A program made the position numbers and the translations under genes. This document shows positions 48,957 through 56,806 of a DNA stretch of 64,000 nucleotides, in pieces. The stretch is from contig JAZDKW010000020.1 of the NCBI GenBank assembly GCA_043802665.1, forward strand, positions 7,036 to 71,035, in the 5' to 3' direction. Below the pieces are notes generated by a model that saw only the letters and a list, made by a program, of their open reading frames with translations, ran no database searches and was not told the DNA's origin. Within the stretch, counting starts at the first letter, position 1. Each line of letters opens with the position of its first letter. The DNA is from Patescibacteria group bacterium. GTDB lineage: Bacteria > Patescibacteriota > Kazan-3B-28 > UBA10110.

Positions 48957-49766
48957 ATGGCCAAAAAAATATTACGTCTGAATGAAGAGCAGTTTAATCT
49001 GCTCAGGAACGCTGTGCGAGAGAATCAGATTAAACGGGATAAGTTGAAGAGTCGGATGGTAGAAATACTATCCGAACTCAACTCTCTTTGCCGAGGCTTT
49101 ATTTTCTCGGATGGTACTTCTGTTGTGTCAGTTAATTTCTATGCTTTCTGGTCTTTTTCGACCGGGAGATGGAATTGCGAGGATCTGGGGTATAAGTCGG
49201 GTTTTCCGACTATCCCCCAGCGCGACAAGCGTTGGCCGGAGTTGACTGTTGCCGTGCCGGAACTGTCGGCATTAATGACGGAGTATGAGTTAAACAAGAA
49301 GGCAATGGGGGAAATTGCACATCTCACCATCGCGCCTCAGTACAGGAAAGTGCGAGGGTACTATGAAGTTGACTCAACAGAGTGGGATCGTCTTGTAGAT
49401 AGCCCCAACACCTCTTCTGGATTTTTCTGGGAAACGGAAGAAAGCGGGGGAGGCATGACAAACACCGGCTATAGCCAGGTTGTTTGTCTTCTGAGCGGTA
49501 ATCCCGCAATTGCATATTGTCTTGGACATCACGCAAATGATGTGCATGCGCGGTTCCGGTTCAGGTCCAAGTTCAGGTGGATTGAAGTTCGTGTTAAACG
49601 CTATCGGGAATCAGTTGAGATATCTGGTTGCGAAATGCCGAGTGGGGAAGAAATCTTTTATGCCACATGCATCGAAGAAGTTCCAGAATTTCTTCTGGAC
49701 GCCACCAAAGCGGCGATGGCCAAGGCAGATGATTATCACTGCCGGAAACCATATTTCATTTTTTGA
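48957..49766 (+). CDS. hypothetical protein (cassette gene B, 269 aa)
   Basis: SD AAGGAGG before the ATG; no recognisable motif. Confidence 0.6.
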   Translation: MAKKILRLNEEQFNLLRNAVRENQIKRDKLKSRMVEILSELNSLCRGFIFSDGTSVVSVNFYAFWSFSTGRWNCEDLGYKSGFPTIPQRDKRWPELTVAVPELSALMTEYELNKKAMGEIAHLTIAPQYRKVRGYYEVDSTEWDRLVDSPNTSSGFFWETEESGGGMTNTGYSQVVCLLSGNPAIAYCLGHHANDVHARFRFRSKFRWIEVRVKRYRESVEISGCEMPSGEEIFYATCIEEVPEFLLDATKAAMAKADDYHCRKPYFIF

Positions 49767-49795
49767 CCACCTTGTTCTTTCTTGGGTAATAAGAC

Positions 49796-49860
49796 GGGGG
49801 CCTTACGGCCCCCCTTTCATCTGAGTTTACCATCTGTAAATGATGAATTCAGATGAGGGA
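49796..49860 (+). repeat. terminator-like hairpin GGGGGCCTTACGGCCCCC followed by cassette hairpin H2 (CCTTTCATCTGAGTTTACC ... TGAATTCAGATGAGGGA)
   Basis: Read directly. Confidence 0.65.
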
Positions 49861-49913
49861 ATCATCTCTCAAATTTTCTCGGCAAAATGCCGAAATGAAC
49901 CTTGAGGTGTAAC

Positions 49914-50171
49914 ATGGCTGTTGGTAAGTGGACCACTACTGTTATCGGAGTATATTGGGACAAAATGATCGACGGTATAGCTGAGGAATTTGTCTATAGG
50001 CTATACAAAGAGTTATCTGCCGAAGAGATCAATATACTTGTAGATGAGGCGTTCAAAAATATGTCTCTTTTGCCACCACAACTTGCAGATTGTATAAAAG
50101 CAACGGTTGTTGAAATGAAGAACCGAAAACCGATAATTGCTTATCCTCCTACCACGGGAGAATCTGGATAG
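49914..50171 (+). CDS. hypothetical small protein (cassette gene C, ~85 aa)
   Basis: SD GAGGTG before ATG 49914; the ORF track starts at 49902. Confidence 0.5.
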   Translation: MAVGKWTTTVIGVYWDKMIDGIAEEFVYRLYKELSAEEINILVDEAFKNMSLLPPQLADCIKATVVEMKNRKPIIAYPPTTGESG

Positions 50172-50177
50172 ATTCTC

Positions 50178-50245
50178 CCCCTTCATCCGAGTTCAGCATT
50201 CGGCAAGCTCATGACAGAGCACGAATAATGAATTCAGATGAGGGG
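50178..50245 (+). repeat. cassette hairpin H3: CCCTTCATCCGAGTTCAGCAT-(27 nt)-AATGAATTCAGATGAGGGG
   Basis: Read directly. Confidence 0.65.
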
Positions 50246-50287
50246 CAACTCTCAATTCGAAATTTGAAAATACAAGGAGGCACGAAA

Positions 50288-50572
50288 ATGCCGAAAAAGC
50301 CATGGTTCATTAAGATTTTATGCTACGGGATGATTATCGGGAGCATAGCATTGATTGTTGTTATGCTCTCGAGTGGTTTCTATTCTGAACTATTCATTTC
50401 CCCAGCGGAGTCACGCTGGTGGTGGGTGCTAATTAACCCAACACCAGAAGCTATTGATCACGGGACACTGTGGATGTGGGTGCTTGCAGTGTTCCCAGTT
50501 GTGACGGCGATACTTGGGGTTCTGGGTTTGGGTCGTTGCTCCCTCGGGGCATCATCCCCCTTGGTCTCTTAG
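50288..50572 (+). CDS. small two-TM membrane protein (cassette gene D, ~94 aa)
   Basis: SD AAGGAGG before ATG 50288; the upstream part of the ORF-track version just translates hairpin H3. Confidence 0.55.
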   Translation: MPKKPWFIKILCYGMIIGSIALIVVMLSSGFYSELFISPAESRWWWVLINPTPEAIDHGTLWMWVLAVFPVVTAILGVLGLGRCSLGASSPLVS

Positions 50573-50607
50573 CTCTCTGCTATCCTCTTTGTTCTTTTGT
50601 GGATACA

Positions 50608-50673
50608 CGGGGGCCTTACGGCCCCCCCTTCATCCGAGTTCAGCATCTACAAATGATGAATTCAGATGAGGGA
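50608..50673 (+). repeat. terminator-like hairpin CGGGGGCCTTACGGCCCCC followed by cassette hairpin H4 (CCTTCATCCGAGTTCAGCAT-tacaaa-TGATGAATTCAGATGAGGGA)
   Basis: Read directly. Confidence 0.65.
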
Positions 50674-50733
50674 GATAAGCACGCAAAAAATATAATAAAG
50701 AATATAATAAAAATAGATTAACAAATAGTCGGT

Positions 50734-50916
50734 GGGAGGCTGTAAGAAATTTGAAAGGAATTTTACCCCGTAAAAAGTTTTACTTTTTTCGGGGCGAATC
50801 AGGGTTCAATGTTTGGTCCCTGAAACCGAAAGGAAGAGGGGATTAATTTCTCTCCTCAAGAGCATCGGTTCTTGATTCGTATAATTTCAATCTAAATTTT
50901 CTTACAGCCTTCTGTT
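50734..50916. other. ~180-bp structured non-coding element bounded by the 15-bp inverted repeat GGCTGTAAGAAATT / AATTTTCTTACAGCC, with nested hairpins (CCCCGtaaaaagttttacttttttCGGGG)
   Basis: Read directly; no ORF; lies between the cassette array and the pseudo-tRNA. Confidence 0.4.
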
Positions 50917-50975
50917 GGCTATTTTTTATTGTTGTACTTTTCTGTAGAATAGATGTAGCTTATCTTTGAGAAGAT

Positions 50976-51105
50976 ATGGGCACTTAGCTCAGTCCGAACG
51001 GGACCCCTTCGGGGTTGGTTACCCGCCCGTACCGAACGGGTACGTTCGGGTGGGGAGCGTTCGGTTTACATCCGAAAGGTCGGGGTTCGCCCCGCATCTG
51101 AAGAT
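50976..51105 (+). pseudogene. degenerate tRNA-Val-like sequence
   Basis: It keeps a tRNA-like 5' end GGGCACTTAGCTCAGT and an anticodon arm identical to tRNA-Val (CGGTTTACATCCG). A ~55-nt insertion sits in the D-loop, the T-arm is truncated, and no acceptor 3' strand or CCA is present. Confidence 0.5.
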
Positions 51106-51228
51106 GTTAATGTATAACTAAACAAGATTGATCTACTATTTTTACAATATTACTGAAATAAGTAGTAGCGCGGGGCGCCCTGCGAATGCTGGGGCGAGCC
51201 CTGAATAGATATTTAACTAAAATAATGC

Positions 51229-51304
51229 GGACGATTAGCTCAGCGGTTAGAGCACTCGGTTTACATCCGAGGGGTCATAGGTTCAAATCCTATATCGTCC
51301 ACCA
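51229..51304 (+). tRNA. tRNA-Val(UAC)
   Basis: GGACGATTAGCTCAGCGGTTAGAGCACTCGGTTTACATCCGAGGGGTCATAGGTTCAAATCCTATATCGTCCACCA. Confidence 0.8.
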
Positions 51305-51309
51305 CTTTA

Positions 51310-51395
51310 GGACAGGTGGCGGAATGGCAGACGCGCTAGGTTAAGGGCCTAGTGAGAGCAATCTCGTGGAGGTTCAAGTCCTCTCCTGTCCACCA
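51310..51395 (+). tRNA. tRNA-Leu (type II), anticodon reads AAG in loop UUAAGGG
   Basis: Acceptor GGACAGG/CCTGTCC, long variable arm, CCA encoded. Its D-, variable and T-arms are identical to the tRNA-Leu(CAG) at 52295. The A34 anticodon is unusual for bacteria. Confidence 0.65.
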
Positions 51396-51715
51396 AAACA
51401 CGGTGCTCTGCAAAGCAGGGCAGTAAGTTTTGGTGTGGATGGAGTGGATTTGATAAGTCCTCCCTGCCCCGTCTCATTTGGCGAAGACAAATGCATCGGG
51501 GTCCTGTCCACCAGCCGGCGCTCTCCGAGCTATGGCTGGCTACGCCATTTTTTATTGTTCACAAGAAGCCCCGTGTATACTGGGACGACTGACATGGTCC
51601 ACTGATTAGATATTGGAAATAGCTATTGACGCAATGGTGTTTTGGTGGTACACTTTTATTCGTACATTTGAACCTTTGAATTCTTTGAATTCTTTCTTAC
51701 ACTGAAAACATCGAG

Positions 51716-51982
51716 GTGATTCTCGTGTCTATTACTCTAGACTTGGATAATCGTACTCAGGCATGCCAGTTGATGGGTAATCTTGTCTCTCGCATAAAAG
51801 CGGGGGATAAAACTATCACGACCAAAGACTTGTTAGTTGCGTATACTCATGCGCAAGATTGTTCCCATTGTTCTCCAATGGCAGGTGCCATATCAGTATT
51901 GATGTTTTATAAGTTGGCTGGCGTTCTAAGAAGTTTCCCACCCCCAACTGGGGGAAGATATCTTCGCCATCATCGCTGGTAG
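51716..51982 (+). CDS. hypothetical small protein (88 aa)
   Basis: GAGGTG SD with GTG start; followed by a strong terminator. Confidence 0.4.
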   Translation: MILVSITLDLDNRTQACQLMGNLVSRIKAGDKTITTKDLLVAYTHAQDCSHCSPMAGAISVLMFYKLAGVLRSFPPPTGGRYLRHHRW

Positions 51983-52026
51983 CACATTAATGTGGTCCCC
52001 TCCTCCCCTTGTGATAGCGCCCTCAT

Positions 52027-52063
52027 GAATTTAATTGAGGGCGCGTTTTTTTATATTGAGAAA
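52027..52063 (+). terminator. rho-independent terminator
   Basis: GCGCCCTCatgaatttaattGAGGGCGC followed by TTTTTTT. Confidence 0.7.
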
Positions 52064-52111
52064 TTTTATTTGATTAGGGTACACTATTAATTAGTAGGGG
52101 ATATTAAAATA

Positions 52112-52185
52112 GGCCTGGTGGCCGAGCGGTTAGGCAGGGGTCTGCAAAACCTCGTATAGCGGTTCGACTCCGCTCCAGGCCTCCA
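52112..52185 (+). tRNA. tRNA-Cys(GCA)
   Basis: GGCCTGGTGGCCGAGCGGTTAGGCAGGGGTCTGCAAAACCTCGTATAGCGGTTCGACTCCGCTCCAGGCCTCCA; anticodon loop CUGCAAA. Confidence 0.7.
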
Positions 52186-52294
52186 TACGTGGTTGATAAT
52201 TTTCGGTCGGGTCTTTGACCCGGTCTCCGACTCGGATAAGTCTCCGACTTGGAGAGAGGTCCTCCAGTCGCCGAAAGCGGCTCCGGACCGGAGG

Positions 52295-52380
52295 GGGCGG
52301 ATGGCGGAATGGCAGACGCGCTAGATTCAGGTTCTAGTGAGAGCAATCTCGTGGAGGTTCAAGTCCTCTTCCGCCCACCA
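52295..52380 (+). tRNA. tRNA-Leu(CAG), type II
   Basis: Acceptor GGGCGGA/TCCGCCC, anticodon loop UUCAGGU, long variable arm, CCA encoded. Confidence 0.75.
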
Positions 52381-52688
52381 AAACTTAATTATTCAAGTCC
52401 TCCCTGCCCGGCCGAAGTTCTGCTATATAGCAGAACGAAGGAGGGTTCCGCCCACCAGATATAAAACTATAATAGCTTGGCTTTTTAGGGTAGGGGAGTT
52501 TTGGTATGAAAAATCCTATACCTATAACTTAAACGGCTCAACGACGTTCTCGTTGAGCCGTTTAGGTATGTGACATAAAAACAGGTCTGGGAGCGTAAAA
52601 ACCTTGACTCATAGGAGGTTTTGTAGTATATTTAATTGAGTTTGCTAGGGGATGTCTGGATGCAATAAGTTAAAAAATAGCTAGTCGG

Positions 52689-52712
52689 TTAGAGTTAAAT
52701 CCTATCCCTTAG
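52689..52712. pseudogene. tRNA-Val remnant (D-loop CGGTTAGAG fused to T-arm TTAAATCCTAT)
   Basis: Matches segments of the tRNA-Val at 51229. Confidence 0.35.
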
Positions 52713-52870
52713 TTTTCTTAAGTATTTTGCATCTTAAATTTAGTTTTTGTTCAGGACGATTTGGTCATAAATCAGATAGTTTGGGTTTGATTGTGCCTAG
52801 ATTGTCCTGAATAAATCGGGACGGTTGGCCTAGAGTCGCCAGCTAACTTTCATACGGGGTGGATAATGCT

Positions 52871-53203
52871 ATGGGAAATTCTGTTTTTGTTCTTGGGAGA
52901 GAGCCCATGACTGTTGCGAGGATCGCCGCGGTATTGGGTGATTTGCCCGATGATTTCATCGGGCCGCTAGAATGGAAGCGTTTTCCTGAGTATCCAGATG
53001 AATTGCACCATCTCTTAGATTGCAACCCCTGTGTAATAGATTTCGATACTCTCGATGATGAGAGTATCGAAATGGTGTGCAATGCAGCGCAAAATTCATC
53101 TGGCATTATCTGCAGTTTCTGGATTTATTCCAGAAAAGATGGCACCATGAAACTTATTATGCGGGGATACAAATCCCCACTAGTTTCAATGACTGTCGGC
53201 TAA
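52871..53203 (+). CDS. hypothetical protein
   Basis: ORF of 110-114 aa (GTG 52859 or ATG 52871); no motif. Confidence 0.4.
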   Translation: MGNSVFVLGREPMTVARIAAVLGDLPDDFIGPLEWKRFPEYPDELHHLLDCNPCVIDFDTLDDESIEMVCNAAQNSSGIICSFWIYSRKDGTMKLIMRGYKSPLVSMTVG

Positions 53204-53485
53204 AACGAAGGAGTTCCCGTTCAACCAAGATGAGTGGAAATAACGAAGGAAGGATTTCCACTCACTTTCTCTTGTTTGTTCATTGTTTTCGATCAGTTAC
53301 TGGGGATAGACCAAGAAGTTTTTTAAACTTGAGCCTATCCCCGTTCTTTTTTCAAGCAGAAGCTTGGAGATAAATTTAAAGTAATTTGTCTCTAAACTTC
53401 TTCCTGGCTAGAGTAAAATCGGGGTCAGATAGTATCTTAAAATTTTCCCTGCCAAAAATTGGCCGGGATATCAAGGAGAACCTGA

Positions 53486-54148
53486 ATGTACAGGACAACA
53501 ATTAATACGACTCTTATGTCGTTCCTGACAAGAGATGGTCGGAAGGAATTGGCGGGGAAACTCGAGGAACTCATCGAGTGGCTCGAAACCTTCGCCAATG
53601 ACGCCTTGCGATTAGAGGATGGATGTGTCGGTAAGTACACCACAGAGATTATTGGGTTGATGTCAGCCGTGAGAGATCTCAAGAAAGTCATCTTGCGTTA
53701 TTACAAGCAAGATGAAAAAGATGTGTATTTTAGCTGGTCCGAAATACAGTACAGCATAATGCACCACGTTCGGGCATGGCAGTGGACATTCCGCGCCATT
53801 CCTGAAGCCGATGACCACGCTCGGTACCTCGAAATGATATTGAAACACTGCCGAACCGTGATTGTATCTTTGGATGGCAATTTCTGGGTATATGAGGAAG
53901 GCGATCATCTCCCTCAGGAAGTGCTGGATAGATGGTTGGCTGGCAAACGGCCAGATCCAGTCCAGACAGAAAGTGGCCCGGTCTCACCGAGCTGGGGTTA
54001 TGAGATCGTAACGATTGTTCCTGGGTTTGTCATGCACCCGACGTTGGAACTATTTTTTACGATCAGTCCGAAGGTGGATATCAAAATAACGGTCTACCCG
54101 GTTTCGGGAGAGGTTGAAGAATCTGCTGAAGTACCGGCGACAGTATAA
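53486..54148 (+). CDS. hypothetical protein (220 aa)
   Basis: Strong SD AAGGAGAA; terminator downstream. Confidence 0.55.
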   Translation: MYRTTINTTLMSFLTRDGRKELAGKLEELIEWLETFANDALRLEDGCVGKYTTEIIGLMSAVRDLKKVILRYYKQDEKDVYFSWSEIQYSIMHHVRAWQWTFRAIPEADDHARYLEMILKHCRTVIVSLDGNFWVYEEGDHLPQEVLDRWLAGKRPDPVQTESGPVSPSWGYEIVTIVPGFVMHPTLELFFTISPKVDIKITVYPVSGEVEESAEVPATV

Positions 54149-54187
54149 GCTAGTTGTCGATCATATCTCCTTAATTTGCACACAGTC

Positions 54188-54214
54188 AAGCCCCGTCTTA
54201 AAGATGGGGCTTTT
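54188..54214 (+). terminator. rho-independent terminator
   Basis: AGCCCCGTCTTAAAGATGGGGCT followed by TTTT. Confidence 0.7.
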
Positions 54215-54245
54215 TCGTATCTAGAGATGTTGTATAATCAATGAT

Positions 54246-54350
54246 GTGTTGGTTGCATCATTTCCGCCAGTTGGCGGACTGGTCTTATTCAGAATCGTAT
54301 AATATATAATGAATCTATAAGATTCTGGACGCACTTTGTTTGCCAGAATG
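54246..54350. mobile_element. MITE-like element (GCATCATTTCCGCC ... GCCAGAATGACGAA) sharing the internal 16-mer TCCGCCAGTTGGCGGA with the copy at 46478
   Basis: Read directly. Confidence 0.45.
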
Positions 54351-54355
54351 ACGAA

Positions 54356-54643
54356 TTGGAGAAAAAAATGAGGAAATACGAGAAATTAAGCCGCAAATAT
54401 AAATATCGGATGAAGCAAAAATATTCCGAAGATCCCTTCGCTTTTCTTATTTTATGGTCCCTATTTTTCAGCGCAGTTTTTCTGGTGTTTGCCTTTAGAG
54501 GATTAATTGCGGCAATTTTTATGCCAAAGGTAGATGTATCCGATCAACCAATTGTTAGCGAGGATACTCTTAACCCCAACTCAGCAAATTCTACAGATAA
54601 ATCCCCTGCCAATAATTCTGATTTATCAAATACAACCGAATGA
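54356..54643 (+). CDS. small membrane protein
   Basis: 95 aa; basic N-terminus, one TM, Ser/Asn-rich tail. Confidence 0.4.
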   Translation: MEKKMRKYEKLSRKYKYRMKQKYSEDPFAFLILWSLFFSAVFLVFAFRGLIAAIFMPKVDVSDQPIVSEDTLNPNSANSTDKSPANNSDLSNTTE

Positions 54644-55236
54644 AGTGGTTGTTTTGGTTAATTGGTTTTCCAGTCTTGCTGGTGGCCGTTGTCATAAGTG
54701 GCATTATTAGTGCCGGATTTTTCTTGTCTCCACAGGATGCTTTAGAAAAAAGCGATGTGATCATTGCTATTTCGGGTGGAGAAACTCAACAACGGGTGGC
54801 AGAGGCGGTGCAGTTGTATCGAGATGGTTGGGCCCCTCTAATGATTATGTCGGGAGCGGCGCGGGACGAAGGCCCGTCCAATGCTTTAACGATGCAAAAT
54901 ATAGCAGTAGCGGCTGGTGTGCCCAAGAATAAAATACTTATTGAAGAGTCAGCTACTACCACTGCCCTTAATGCAACTTTTGTGCGTAATATTATTGAAG
55001 AGAAAAAATTTACTAAAGTTATTTTAGTCACTTCGCCTTATCACCAACGTCGAGCCAGTTTAGCTTTTATTAAGGCCTTAAAAGGTTTGCCAGTAAAAAT
55101 AATTAATCATTCTTCTACTGACTCGATTTGGCGTAAGAAAGGTTGGTGGTGGGATGAATGGGCCAGAGAATTAACCTGGACAGAAATTCAGAAAACTATC
55201 TATACCTGGGCTATGCCTTTAGATAAATTAACGTAG
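54640..55236 (+). CDS. DUF218 (YdcF/ElyC/SanA-like) domain protein
   Basis: 198 aa; N-terminal TM; DUF218 pattern (VIIAISGG ... PLMIMSG ... TTALNA ... VILVTSPYHQRRA). Confidence 0.65.
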   Translation: MKWLFWLIGFPVLLVAVVISGIISAGFFLSPQDALEKSDVIIAISGGETQQRVAEAVQLYRDGWAPLMIMSGAARDEGPSNALTMQNIAVAAGVPKNKILIEESATTTALNATFVRNIIEEKKFTKVILVTSPYHQRRASLAFIKALKGLPVKIINHSSTDSIWRKKGWWWDEWARELTWTEIQKTIYTWAMPLDKLT

Positions 55237-55277
55237 GCTATAATAGATGAGGGTGTTTTAATCTTAATTAGAATAAA

Positions 55278-55856
55278 ATGAATACTTTTTTGTGGATTCT
55301 ATTAATACTTGTAGTTGTAATTGTGTTTTGGCTGATCGGTATTTTTAACGGCCTGATTGTTTTAAAGAATCGAGTAGCCGAAGCTTTTAGTGATATTGAT
55401 GTACAGCTTAAGCGTCGCTATGATCTCATCCCCAATCTTATCAATACTGTTAAAGGTTATGCAGAACATGAGCGGGAATTGTTTGAAAAGGTTACCGAAG
55501 CGCGGACGGCTGCTATGGGCGTTCCCACTAAAGATGTAGCCGAAAAAGCCAAGCGAGAAAATGCTTTAGGCGAAACATTAAAAACCTTGTTCGCCGTAGC
55601 CGAAAATTATCCCCAATTAAAAGCCAACGAGAATTTTTTGGCTTTGCAGGAAGAATTGTCTGATACCGAAAATAAAATTATGTCGGCTCGCCGTTTTTAC
55701 AACACCAATGTAAAAGATTTTAATACCAGACAAGAAACCTTTCCTGCTAATACAGTAGCCAATATGCTAGGTTTTACTAAAGCTGAATATTTTGATTTGG
55801 AGTCTAATCCAGCCGAACGCGAAAATCCTAAAGTCGATTTTTCCACTAAGGAATAA
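55278..55856 (+). CDS. lemA: LemA family protein
   Basis: 192 aa; N-terminal TM plus LemA core (LKNRVAEAFSDIDVQLKRRYDLIPNL ... ENYPQLKANENF). Confidence 0.85.
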   Translation: MNTFLWILLILVVVIVFWLIGIFNGLIVLKNRVAEAFSDIDVQLKRRYDLIPNLINTVKGYAEHERELFEKVTEARTAAMGVPTKDVAEKAKRENALGETLKTLFAVAENYPQLKANENFLALQEELSDTENKIMSARRFYNTNVKDFNTRQETFPANTVANMLGFTKAEYFDLESNPAERENPKVDFSTKE

Positions 55857-55874
55857 TAATCTTTTTCGCCATCC

Positions 55875-56771
55875 ATGTATAAAGAGATTGCGGCGAATCG
55901 CCAGAAAACAATTTTTCTTATCACTGTATTTTTGGTGATATTAATTGGTGCAGGTTATGCCGCATCGGTATATTGGGATAGTCCAGATGTGTTGTTTTTG
56001 GCTGTGATAGTTAGCATTGGGATGAGTTGGTGGAGTTATTTCGCTGGTGACAAGGCGATTTTGTCTATGTCGGGAGCCAGATTAGTTCGACAGGGTGCAA
56101 AGTTAAAAGAAACTCAGATTGTACATTTAGTTGAGAATCTTTGTATTACTGCTGGCTTGCCCACACCAAAGGTTTATTTGGTAAATGATCCTGCCCCCAA
56201 TGCGTTTGCAGTGGGCAGAGATCCCAAGCATGCTAGCATTGCTCTGACTACTGGCATAGTAGAAAAGCTAGATAAAGTTGAACTAGAGGGTGTGATTGCG
56301 CATGAATTATCGCATGTAAAAAATTATGATATTTTATTGGCCACGGTAGTTATAACATTGTTAGGTGTGATTACTTTGGTCGCTGATTGGATGAGTCGGC
56401 GTAGTCGATGGATGAATTTTAATAACAACAACCGCAACAACCAGGGCAATAATATTATGGCGATAGTTGCAATCGTCTTCTTAATTTTGGCGCCAATATT
56501 TGCTCAGTTAGTTTATTTAGCCATCTCGCGTCAGCGGGAATATTTAGCCGATGCATCGGGTGCTTTGCTTACTCGATATCCCGAGGGTTTGGCTAGTGCT
56601 TTAAAAAAATTAGCCGCTGATACCAATCAATTAAAATTTGCTAATCGCGCCACCGCCAGCTTGTATATTGTGAATCCTTTCAAGAAAACAAATGCCATGT
56701 TGGCAGAAACATTATCTACCCATCCGCCACTAGCAAAACGGATTGCAGCACTGGAGCGGATGAATGTTTAG
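55875..56771 (+). CDS. htpX: M48-family zinc metalloprotease HtpX-like
   Basis: 298 aa; HExxH (AHELSHV) in TM context; partner of LemA. Confidence 0.8.
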   Translation: MYKEIAANRQKTIFLITVFLVILIGAGYAASVYWDSPDVLFLAVIVSIGMSWWSYFAGDKAILSMSGARLVRQGAKLKETQIVHLVENLCITAGLPTPKVYLVNDPAPNAFAVGRDPKHASIALTTGIVEKLDKVELEGVIAHELSHVKNYDILLATVVITLLGVITLVADWMSRRSRWMNFNNNNRNNQGNNIMAIVAIVFLILAPIFAQLVYLAISRQREYLADASGALLTRYPEGLASALKKLAADTNQLKFANRATASLYIVNPFKKTNAMLAETLSTHPPLAKRIAALERMNV

Positions 56772-56806
56772 TTTCATGATAAAATGATAAAAACGATGGG
56801 GGAGCT

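Noticed and set aside
50228-50287. ORF-track start of cassette gene D at 50228 (MNSDEGQ...)
   Set aside because: These codons translate the right arm of hairpin H3. The genuine start is the ATG at 50288, preceded by AAGGAGG.
47203-50673. Hairpin repeats considered as classical integron attC sites
   Set aside because: The arms lack the RYYYAAC (R'') / GTTRRRY (R') core sites, and no intI-like gene is in the window. The array is described as cassette-like only.
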